This document shows positions 49,707 to 60,400 of a stretch of 64,000 nt of DNA, one piece after another (positions within the stretch are counted from its first letter, which is position 1; each line of letters opens with the position of its first letter). Position numbers and translations under genes: made by a program. Under the pieces are notes generated by a model that saw only the letters and a list, made by a program, of their open reading frames with translations, did no database searches and had not been told where the DNA came from. Source of the DNA: Prasinococcaceae sp. CCMP 1430. Lineage: Eukaryota; Plantae; Prasinodermophyta. The stretch lies in contig RQSC01000056.1 of the NCBI GenBank assembly GCA_013416795.1, positions 64,047-128,046 of the forward strand. Reading direction: 5' to 3'.

Positions 49707-50948
49707 TCAGCGAGCGCGCGCTTCGTTCCGCAGTCGAGGTGAACCCTCGCGAGCAGCGTAGCCGGCGCTTCGCGAGCAGCGGCGCCGCACACGCGCGCCT
49801 GCGCGCGCTGTCGAACATACCGTGTGGTGCACGTCGCCGAAGTTGAGGTCGAAGCCTTCGAGTGCGAGGCCATCGTGCGCGAGCTGGACGTCGAGGCCTC
49901 CGTTGGCCTCGCCCCACTGGCGCAGCTCCTCGTTGACGGTGTCCTGGTCGAAATCGTGCGTCATCCCAACGCACAGCGCTCGGCGCGGCGACAGCATCCT
50001 CACGCACTCGAGCGTCTGCGGCAGATTGAAGTGCGTGTTGTGCGGCCTCTCGTAGAAGAGCGCGTCGACTATGAGCAGCTCGATGCCCTGGTCGCACAGC
50101 TCGTGGATGAGGGCCTCGGTCTGCGGCGGCAACTCGGAGATGTCGCTGAGGTACACCACGCGGCAGCCGGGGGCGCCGAAGAGGAAGCCCAGGCAGACGT
50201 AGTCCGCGCCGTGCCACACGGGCAGGGGGATCATCGTCAGTCCCGGCACGGGCTCGAACGGTCGCGCCCCGCCCCCGATGGGCGCGCCCATGGTTCGGAA
50301 CTCGAGCTGGGCCACCCGCCGCTTGACGTCAGACTTGGCGTTGGCCTCCTGCCCCTGGGGGCAAAGGTACGGGAACGCGCGCGACACGGTGCCCATCGTA
50401 TGTTCGCTCCCCCACACCGTCGTAGGGCTAACGAGCTCGGCCTGCTTGGCGTAGTCCTGCATCTTCACTGTCCTTTGCATCAGGCGGACGTCGTCCAGCC
50501 CCATCATGGCGTCTGCATGCTCATGGGTGAGCACGACTGCGTCGAGGCGGTCGACGCCGTGCTCGGGATACCACCTCAGCATTGACTCGCGGAAGGTTTT
50601 GCAGCAGTCGATTTGCACCACGCGGCGGCTCGGCTCGGCGATCGTGCCGACCCCCTCGCCGTTGGCGTTGCCGGCGTCCTCCCCCTCGTCCCCCTCCACG
50701 AGCAGCAGCAGGCTCGGGTTGCACCTGTAGTTCTTCGCGAACCGCGGGTCGACGCCGGCGCAACTCAGACACACAAGGCACCCGCCCATGTCGCCGTTTC
50801 CGTTGCCGCCGCCGCCTCGGCGCACGTACGGCGCAAGCCCCTGGCGCGCACCGTGGCGCGGCGGCGTGCGCGCGCCCACCAGGCACAGCGGATTGGGCAC
50901 ACCGCTGCTCGAGCCAGTGCCGAGAAAGACCAGTTTCGACGACGCCAT
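49707..50948 (-). CDS. Metallo-beta-lactamase fold hydrolase (PhnP/YycJ-like)
   Basis: KLVFLGTGSSSGVP, NPSLLL, QIDCCKTFRE, THEHADAMMGLDDVR, PLPVWHG, YLSDIS, HNTHFN and VGMTHD. The exact 3' end is uncertain. Confidence 0.92.
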   Translation of the reverse strand: MASSKLVFLGTGSSSGVPNPLCLVGARTPPRHGARQGLAPYVRRGGGGNGNGDMGGCLVCLSCAGVDPRFAKNYRCNPSLLLLVEGDEGEDAGNANGEGVGTIAEPSRRVVQIDCCKTFRESMLRWYPEHGVDRLDAVVLTHEHADAMMGLDDVRLMQRTVKMQDYAKQAELVSPTTVWGSEHTMGTVSRAFPYLCPQGQEANAKSDVKRRVAQLEFRTMGAPIGGGARPFEPVPGLTMIPLPVWHGADYVCLGFLFGAPGCRVVYLSDISELPPQTEALIHELCDQGIELLIVDALFYERPHNTHFNLPQTLECVRMLSPRRALCVGMTHDFDQDTVNEELRQWGEANGGLDVQLAHDGLALEGFDLNFGDVHHTVCSTARAGARVRRRCSRSAGYAAREGSPRLRNEARAR

Positions 50949-51130
50949 CGCGCCTCCGCGAGGGCAGGCTGGAGACCCGCGCGGCGCCCGCCCGCAGGCG
51001 CCACCCGACCGTCCTCCGACGCCGCTCCCTCTTCGCCCCCGCCAGTCAGCTGTCGACGGGGCGGGGGTTGGCGGGTGGGGGTGGGGTGGGGGAGCGGCGC
51101 CCCGCCGGCACCGGGCGCCGGCGCCGCGCG

Positions 51131-51411
51131 ANTCCGGCTCCGAGGACGACATCGAGGACGACGACTACGACTTCGACTTGGGCGGCTCGGCGCGTCAGCG
51201 CGCGAAGAAGGCCAGCCGGCTGTCGCGCGGCTTTGACGCGGCGCCCGACGCCATCGTGCTCGACGAGGGCGACGATGACGCGTACGCGTTCGCAGGCGCC
51301 GACGGCGGTGTCGCGGGCGCGCTCGGCTACGGCTTCGGCGCCTCGGCGTACGGCGCGCTCGGTGCGTACGGCGACGAGCCCGAGGCCCTCCGTGCCCTGC
51401 CAGAGGGCTGA
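51131..51411 (+). CDS. Small acidic hypothetical protein; start codon probably masked by the single N at 51132
   Basis: A[N]TCCGGCTCCGAGGAC reads (M)SGSEDDIEDDDYDFDLGGSARQRAKKASRL...ALPEG*, with coding-like codon usage. Confidence 0.45.
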
Positions 51412-51620
51412 CCTGTTGGGGCCAGGGCGCGCGCGGGACGGCGGGCGGGCGCCGGGGCGCCCAGGCGCCTGGCAGGCGGCCGGCGCCGGCGCCTCCTGCC
51501 CAACACCAATTTGAACTGCACCGCGCGGGGAGCTCTGCCGTTACTAACCGCCGCGGCCGACAGGGGGGGCGCGCGCGCCAAGCCGCAGGGCTCTGAAGAG
51601 GCACGATTTGTGCTGTCGCC

Positions 51621-53302
51621 ATGTGCATGGTGCTGCACGCCCCCACCGCTCCCCGAGTCGGGCTGGAATCGATCCTGCTGGCCGTGGCGGGGCTCTGCTG
51701 CATGCACTCATCGCCGGCACTCGCATCGCAAGCTGGATGCCATGCAGGCAACGGGCTCAAGACTGGCTACATCTCCGCGAGTGCTGCCTCTGTGTGGTCG
51801 CGCCTCACGCTGGCGCCCGAAGCTAACTGGGCGGGCACGCCGTGGCTAAAACACGAACCGCCGGCACTTTGCGCTCTGAGCGCGGGGTGTGCAGCAGAGG
51901 CGCAAATGCCGGAGGTACGGCGCGGCGCTGCCAATCTACGTAGTAGTAGCCAGGCCACAGACAAAATTTCACCATCCCCAGCGCTCACTCACGGCCAGTG
52001 CTGACCTGTGGATTACCCTCCCGTCGATTCGACGTCGATCCTCGCTGCCAGGGCGTTACCGGGGGCCTGGCCGCGATGCAGGGTGCGCTACCAGGGCAGG
52101 CAGCGGAGGCTTCAGTCGTTGTGGCCGTCGCATCAAGCGGCGAGATTGCTTTCAGAGGGCCGTGGGTGCAGACGGCGGCGGCGACAGACTACACCGTGCA
52201 ATGGCGGGCGGTGGGTCTCACGGCCGGCACACGGTACAATGTCACTATATTGTGTCGCGCAGATTCGGCGGCGCCGGTATCAGCGGTGGCTGAAGGGGCG
52301 TTCGTGACAGCCCCCGCACCGAGCTCGGCAGAGCAGGTCCGCTTCTGCGTGCTGTCGTGTCACGAGTTCCCTCTGCGCGACGCGGGCCTGAAGGGTCACC
52401 GCGTGTATGGCAGCATGTCCGCGCTCAATCCGCACTTTGCGGTGCACACCGGCGACATCGAGTACTACGATCGGCCCGAGCCGTTTGCTCTCAGCGAGGA
52501 CCTAGCGAGGTTCAAGTGGCAGCGACTCTTCGCGCTCCCGCTGCAGCGAAAGTTCTATTCCTATTTTGGCGTCTACAATCAGAAGGATGACCACGACGTT
52601 CTGAGGGACGATGCTGAGCCCGGCATGATGTATGGATCGCTCACGTACGAGCGTGGTCTCGCGCTTTTCGACGAGGAGCAATTCCCGAGGCGACCAGCTG
52701 GCTCGCCGACGTATCTCACACAGCGCTGGGGAAAGCATCTCCAGGTCTGGTTGCTGGAAAACAGAAACTATCGCCACCGAGCCGCGGGCACGGTGCTCGG
52801 CGATGAGCAGAAGGCGTGGCTCAAAGAGACGCTGCCTGCCTCAAATGCCACGTTCAAAGTTGTCATCACGCCGACTCCCGTGCTTGGACCTGACCACGAC
52901 TGGAAGTCTGACAACTTGGCGAACGGGGCCCCATTCCATGACGAGGCGTGGGAGGTGAAGAAACTGCTGCTACTCACAAACAATACATTTGTGGTGAGCG
53001 GGGATCGGCACTGGCAGTACGCGTCTGTCGACGAGCGCTCGATAGGGAGCGTGTGGGAGTTCGGCACCGGCGCCGCGGCAGACAAACACTCGGCGCCGGC
53101 AGCAGGGTCGAACATGCAATCTGACGGCGTGCGGCGGGCGTTCGTGCGCTGGAAGGGCGGTTTTTTAGAGGTGGAGATAAGCGAGACCCAGGCAAGCGCG
53201 TGCCATGAGACGGCTGGGGACATGTGCGGCGCGGTAGAGGCGCGTTTCACCCATCGCGACGTGGACGGCACGGCGGTGCACACCAAGACCTTCCGGGCGT
53301 AG
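51621..53302 (+). CDS. phoD: Secreted PhoD-family alkaline phosphatase/phosphodiesterase (exons 51621-51914, 52052-53302)
   Basis: Signal peptide, then GLKTGYISASAASVWSRLT, GLTAGTRY, HTGDIEYYD, QKDDHD, LLENRNYR, LGDEQKAWL and VSGDRHWQY. Intron 51915-52051 (GTACGG...GCCAG) is phase 0. Confidence 0.88.
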
Positions 53303-53873
53303 CTACATATTAGGTAATGCGAAGCACACATGTAGTACCTGGCTACTAGCCCGCGCTCGAGCCCGTTCGACTCGGCTAGAGGCGGGCCCGTGGCAGCAGC
53401 GGCCGCGGCATCGCAGCGAGCGCCTGCGAGTGGCTGCCACACTGGCGCCGCGTGACGCGAGTCACGCGACAAAACACGTCGCGGTGCATGCAGCGCCTCG
53501 AGGACTGCCTCCTCACTGGCAAAGGCTGGCCCGGCGGCTGCCAGACTGAAGTGCCAGTGGTGGTGCATCTCCGACGTCTCCATCTCCGTCCCGGCCGTAT
53601 TCTGCATGGCAACCTTGCCGACGCGGCATCAGCAAAAACAATGAGGCCAAACCGCGTAGATGCAAATTGACGGCACCCCACATTTTATTTTGCTGTGCGC
53701 TTACTATCCCGTAATTTTTACTGATTAATGTATAAATACATGTTAAATGAACTGCGGAAGTGCATTTCAAGTTTTTCTTCCGCAGCGCGCCTCTCGAGGG
53801 GCGGCGGCCGCCGCTACAGCGCGCGCCGGCGGCGCCCCCTCCCCCCTCCCCCGGGCTCCTCCCGCACAACCGC

Positions 53874-53960
53874 AGCATCATCATCATCAGCAGCATCATC
53901 AGCATCATCATCATCACCACCAGCGGCAGCAACGTCAGCAGCGGCAGCAGCAGCGGCATC
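53874..53960 (+). repeat. Compound (CAT)n/(CAG)n trinucleotide repeat
   Basis: gcatcatcatcatcagcagcatcatcagcatcatcatcatcaccaccagcggcagc... Confidence 0.9.
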
Positions 53961-54494
53961 GCCGCCGCGGCCGCCGCCGCCGCTTGTCGCGTTCGAAAAT
54001 TCGAAAAACGAACCCTGTCAATATAAACCGTAATACGACTCGTGTGCTGCACCGAATTCAACACAGTCAAATCGAGACCCACAGAGGCCCACAAGCGCGC
54101 TGCAACCGTAACCCCAAATCCTGAACCCTACACACGTGTATTCCGAACCTCAAAAAAAAAGTGTGTGTGTGTGCGGGAAAACGGCGCCGCCGCCGCCGCG
54201 GCCACTCCCACCCCCCCACACAACGCAGAGGGGAGGGGCAGGGGCGCGTGCGACGTCCCACACGCGCGCCCCGCGCGCCCCTCGGCGGCGGCCTCCCCGA
54301 GGCGCTGCCCCCATATCCCCCCCCCATCCCCCCCCCGTCGCTCTCCTCCCCTGTCCCCCTTGCGCGCGTCTGACCCCCAAGCCCGTGCTGCCCTCGCTCC
54401 CGCGCGCGACGACCCCCGCCCGGGCCACGCCACTCCCGCCCGCCGCTTCCCTAACTCCCCAACCCCTTCCCTGCCCGCGCGCACCGCGCAACAG

Positions 54495-57400
54495 CTGCTC
54501 GGCGAGCTATGCCTGGCGTCGCCCCCCGAGTCGGCGCCGGCGGCGCTGCGGTCGTTCGTGCTCGACGAGGCGCGCGACCGGAGCGGCGAGGAGTTCAAGG
54601 CCTTCATGAGCGAGCTGTACGCGCGCATCCGCGCGCTCATCGAGGCGGGCGGCGGCGGCGGGCTGGGCGCCGGCTCTGCCGGGCGCAGCATGCCGAACAA
54701 CTTCGGCATGGGCGCGCTCAGCGGCTTCCCGCCCGCCGCGCAGCGCCTGGGCGGCATCCGCGCGATCGACGCGCTGATCGACGTGCGCCTCGGCGAGGAC
54801 TCGGGCAAGATCTCGCGCTTCGCCAGCTACCTGCGCGACGTGTTCCAGCCGTCCTCGGACGCGGCGACCATGCGCGCCGCGGCCATCGCCCTCGGTCGCC
54901 TCGCGCGCACGGGCGGCTCGCTCGCCGCCGACGTGGTCGAGATCGAGGTGCGGCGCGCCCTCGAGTGGCTGCACGGCGAGCACTCGGAGGCGCGCCGCTA
55001 CGCCGCGGTGCTCGTGCTGCGCGAGCTCGCAGAGAACGCGCCCACCGTCTTCAACGTGCACGTGCCTGCGTTCATCGACGGCGTGTGGGTGGCGCTGCGC
55101 GACAAGCGCCTGCACGTGCGCGTGGCGGCGGTGTTGGCCGTGCGCGCGTGCCTCGTCGTCGTTGAAAAGCGCGAGACGCGCTACCGCGTGCAGCACTACT
55201 ACCGCATGTTCGCGAACTGCGAGGCCGGGCTTGGCTCCAATGCGAGCGTTGAGTCCATTCACGGCTCGCTGCTCACCATCGGCGAGCTGCTACGCTACAC
55301 GGGTGAGTTCATGCTCGCGCGATATGCCGACGTGGCGCAGACGGTGCTGCGGCATCGCGACCACCGCGAGCGCATGATACGCCACTGCGTGGCGCAGGTG
55401 CTGCCGCGCGTGGCACACTTCAGCCCCGAGCGCTTCGCTCGCGACTACCTGCCGCAGGCGCTCGCGCACCTCCTGGGGGTCATGCGCTCAGACAAGCCTG
55501 AGCGCGGCGTCGGCTTCTTGAGCCTTGCCGAGGTCGCGCAGGCCGTGGGCAGGGACCTCGTCCCGCATCTCAAGCCCATAGTGGCGCAGCTGCACGACGG
55601 CATCACGCCCAAGCGCGGCCGGCCGTTCTGTCCGGAGGCGCTCACCGCCATCGGCGCGCTCACTGAAGCCATCGGCCGTCCGATGGCCGAGCCGTGCGCG
55701 CAGCTGCTCCCGCTCATGTTCAATGGCGGCCTGCAGCCCACGCTGGTGGACGCGCTCACGCAGCTCTCGGCGAGCCTGCCGGCACTGCTTCCCCTCATTC
55801 GCGAGCGCCTGCTGGACATGCTCAGCCTGGTGCTGGCCAAGCGGCCATACAAGCCCAACGGCGGCGTGACAGTCCAGCCCGCTGTGCCCGAGGCTGCGCC
55901 CTCAGGCGGCTTCGGTCTCGGTGCCCTGTCGATCGGCTCCTCACCCGAGCCGCCGAGCTCGGTACCGCACGGTGCCAACCTCGTGCGCCTGGCGCTGCGC
56001 ACGCTGAGCTCGTTCGACCTCGAAGCAGCGCCGCTGCTGGACTTCGTGCACGAGTGTGTGCTGCCGTACCTCGACGCAGAAGAGGCCGCCACGCGTCGCG
56101 CGGCCTCGGTGGCATGCTGCGCCATCATGGCGCGCGCGGGCGGCTGCGTGGCGCCCGCGAGTGAGGCAGGTGCTCGCAGTATCAACAGCGCCGCCGCTGC
56201 TGCGGGCGGCCTCGCGCACGCGAGCAATGGCGCCGCGACCGTCCTGCCGTCTTCCAAGAGCTCGGCCGATGCGAGGAGGGGCGCGAGTGCGCTGCGCCGC
56301 CGCGCCGCGCTCGTTGATGACATCATGGACCGCGTGCTCGCGTGCGCGGTGACAGACGTGGACGTCAACGTGCGTGCTGCCACCCTCGAGGTGCTGGCGG
56401 GCGAGGGGCGCGCTTTCGACGCGCATCTCGCGCGCGCGGCTGCGTTGCGTGCGCTCTTCGTGACGCTCAACGACGAGGCGTTGGCTGTGCGAGTGCTCGC
56501 CGTGCGACTGTGCGGTCGCCTGAGCTACCTGAACCCTGCCTACGTGTTGCCCGCCCTTCGGCAGCACCTGCTTCAGCTGCTCGAAGATCTCGAGAGCGCA
56601 GCAGACTCGAAGCACAGGGAAGAGAGCGCGATCCTGCTAGGCGTACTCATGCGCAGCTGCACGCGGCTCGTGCTGCCATATGTGGGCCCCATGCTGAAGG
56701 CACTGGTGGCCAAGCTGCGCGCTGGCGCAAACATCTCGGGACGGCTGAGATCTTCTGGCGGCGGAGCGGGCGCGAACGGCGGTGCTGGCGGTGGCAGCGC
56801 GCGTGGCGTGACGGGCAGTGCCGTCGGCATCGTGGGCGTGGGTGGCGGAAAGGATAAAGGCGGCGCCTCTACTTCGGGGTCGCTCTTGGGCAGCTCGGCC
56901 GTCGGATTTCGTGGCTTGGCGCTCGGACAGGGCGTGTCCGCGCGCGCTGGCCCGGGCGTTGTCGCGGCCACGCTTGGCACGGTGGGGGAGCTCGCGCGCG
57001 TGAGCGGGCCCATCCTGCAGCCTTACGTCAGCGAGCTTCTGCCGCTGGTGATTGGCGCGCTGCGTGGCGATGGCGATGCCGCAGGCACGCGCGACGCTGC
57101 CGTGGCCACGCTCGGCCAGCTGGTTGCGTCGACCGGTTTCGTCATGCGGCCTTACATGGACTACCCCCACCTGTTGAGCGTGCTGCTGCGCATGCTGAGC
57201 GGCGACCTGCCATGGGCAACGCGCAGGGAGGCCATTCGATGTCTGGGGATCATAGGCGCGCTCGACCCAGCAGTGCACAAGCGCAACCTGCACGAGCTGG
57301 CGAGCGGCTCGCGCACGGTGATCAACGGTGCTGGAGGCAAGGCCAAGGCCAAGGCCAAGGCCGACAAGAACGGCGGTCGCGGACAGGGCGGTGGCGGTGG

Positions 57401-60400
57401 CGGCGGTGGTGGAGGCGGCATCGCTGTCACGGGCGATGGCAGCGACGGTGGAGCGCTGGCCGCGCAACAGGCCGCGGCTGCGTCCGCGCTCGCCTGGGCG
57501 GGCGGGGCGGACGGTGGCGCGGGCGCGGGTGGCGACGGCGAGGGCGCTGCTATGCTGGCGGAGCTACTGCCATCGGCAGGCCTCACCACGCTTTCCGGAG
57601 AGTACTATCCGACCGTGGCACTGAATGCGCTCATGCGCGTGCTGCGCGACCGGTCGCAGGGCCACCACCACATGATGGTCGTGCGGTCACTCATGTTCAT
57701 CTTCCGTGCGCTGGGCCTGGGCTGCGTACCATATTTGCCGCGCATCATCCCAGCGCTGCTGCAGGTGCTGCGCACATGCGAGGGTGGCCTGCGCGAATTC
57801 ATCCTCAATCAGCTGCCTTCGCTTGTGGCCGTCATGCGCCAGCACGCGAGGCGATACCTCGACGACCTTCTGGAAGTCGTGCACGAGTACTGGGACGGCC
57901 CCCCGGAGCTGCGCCCGCATCTGCTGCGCCTCCTGGAGGAGCTGAGCGTGGCGCTGGGCGACGAGTTCCAAGCATACTTGCACACCATCGTGCCGCAGCT
58001 GGTAGGTGCCCTCGCTGAAGCAGAGCGCAGCGGCGACTTCAGCGCGGTGCCAGCGGTGCTGCACGCCCTGGAGGCGTTCGGGCGCTCCTTGTCAGAGCAC
58101 TTCCACCTGGTCTTGCCTGCGCTCGTCCGCCTCTTCAAGAGCGGCGCCGCCGGGGCCGGCGCGCCCGTCCGCGTGCGCATCGACGCCGTGCGCTCGCTCA
58201 AGCGGCTGCTGCCGCACATGCCAGTGTCCGCCTTTGCGAGTGCGATCGCACATCCGCTGATCCGCGCGGTCGAGGAAGGGCCTGCGAGTGTGCGCGCGGC
58301 AGCGCCCGAGGCGCTCTGCGCGCTGGCTGCTGCGTTGGGCAGTGACTTTGGCATTTTCGCACCTTTGCTCCGCCGCGTGCTTGAGCGAACGGGGGTGAAC
58401 CACCCGCACCTCGAAGCGGCGCTTGCCGCGGCCGTCGCGGGGCGCAACCCGTGCGAAGTGCTGCCGCCGTCCTACCTGGGCAGCATGACGTCCGGTGGTG
58501 GTATGGACACAGGGGATGCGGCGGACGGCACCGACGGCGACACGGCAGCGGCGGCAGCTGCGGCCAGCGGTGGCGATGGGAGCAACCTAAAGCTGGCAGT
58601 GTCCGAACAGAAGCTCCAGATGGCATGGGAGTCAAGCCAGCGCTCGACGAAGGAGGACTGGAGCGAGTGGATGCGCAACTTCGCGGTCGAACTCCTCAAA
58701 GAGAGCCCTTCGCCCGCTCTGCGCGCGTGCGCGTCACTAGCGCAGCTGCAGCCCCACGTGGCGCGTGACCTCTTCGCGAGCGCCTTCGTCTCTTGCTGGA
58801 CGGAGCTGCACGAGGGCTACAAAGAACAGCTCGTCCGTTCGCTGGAGACTGCCCTCTCGAGCCCGACGTTCCCTGCCGAGATAGTGGCGACGATTCTCAA
58901 CCTCGCCGAGTTCATGGAGCACGACGAGCGCGCGCTGCCGATCAATATCCGCACTCTCGGCGCGCTCGCGCAGAAGTGCAGCGCCTTCGCGAAGGCGCTG
59001 CACTACAAGGAACTTGAATTTGGCAACAACACACCCACAGCCTCGACGGTCGAGGCACTCATCTCAGTCAACAACCAACTGCACCTCCCGCAGGCCGCCA
59101 ACGGCATCCTCGTGCACGCACAGCGCCACCTGAACATGGAGCTGCGAGAGTCGTGGTACGAGAAGCTGAACCAGTGGGAGCAGGCGCTCGCCGCCTACGA
59201 GCGCAAGGCGGCGGGGGCTGAGGACATCAAGCAGGCTCTGGAGGCCGCATTCGGCCAGATGCGCGCGCTCGCTGCGCTGGGCGAGTGGGAGCGCTTGGGC
59301 GGGCTCTGCCGTGACACGTGGCGCGGGGCGGAGCTCGTCGCGCGCTACGAGATGGCCAGCCTCGCGGCGACGGCGGCTTGGCACCTAGGCGAGTGGGAGG
59401 AAATGTCCGAGTACGTGTCTGTGCTCGACGAGTCCCCTGCGGGCGGTGGCGGGGCGGGCGGCGGCATGCTGCACTCCGTCGGCGGGGCGGCAGCGGCTAC
59501 CGGCGTCAACGCGGGAAGCCTCCGCCCGCTTCGTGTGGGCAGTAGTGTGGCCTCGGCGACTGGCCTGCCTGCCATGGGCTCGCAGAGCGACGGTGACTTC
59601 TTCCGTGCTGTGCTGGCGGTGCGATCTGGCCGTCTCGAGGCTGCGCGCGCACACGTCGATTCTGCGCGCGCTTACATCGCCACCGAGCTCGCAGCGGTTG
59701 TTGGCGAGTCGTACGAGCGCGCGTACGGCCAGCTTGTGCGCGTGCAGCAGCTGGTCGAGCTAGAGGAGTGCCTTGAGTACTCGGACCTCGAGCGGCAGCG
59801 GCTGCGCGAGCAACAGCGGAGCCATGGGGGCGTTCCTGCTGCCGCGGCCCTCGGTGAGGCTGCGCCGCCGGCGGTCCGGCAGGCGCTCATTCGCGCGGCT
59901 TGGCGTGAGCGCCTCGCTGGTGCCGAGCGCTCGATCGAGGTGTGGCAGTCCATCGTGGCCGTGCGCTCGCTCGTGCTACACCCAACGGCCGACATCCCCA
60001 CCCACCTCAAGTTCGCGTCGTTGTGCCGGCGCGCGGGGCGCGCCGAGCAGGGCCGGCGCACGCTCGTGCGCCTCCTGGGCTTCGACCCAGAAGAGGCGCC
60101 GGCCGAGTCGCAGGCAGCGCTTGCGCGCGCTTTCCCCATCACTCGCGGTGGTGATCCGGCGGTCGCGCTCGCGTACCTCAAACACGTGTGGCACACCGGC
60201 GGACGTGAGAGCGCCTTCGGAATGCTCCAGGCGCTGGCCGGAGAGCTGCATGCGCGCGCTGTCGGCGCGGCGGCGGCAGCCGCCAGCGGCACGCCCTATC
60301 AGGGTCCGCCACCCGCAAATGCGCAGTTGCTCGCCAAGATGCACCTCAAGCTAGGCATGTGGCGCTGGGCGCTCAGCCCAACGCTCGACGACGCGGCCGT

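Noticed and set aside
53513-54094. Poly-Met/Leu ORF (VVMMMMLMMLLMMMML) on the - strand
   Set aside because: It is one reading of a trinucleotide microsatellite, with no evidence favouring this frame.
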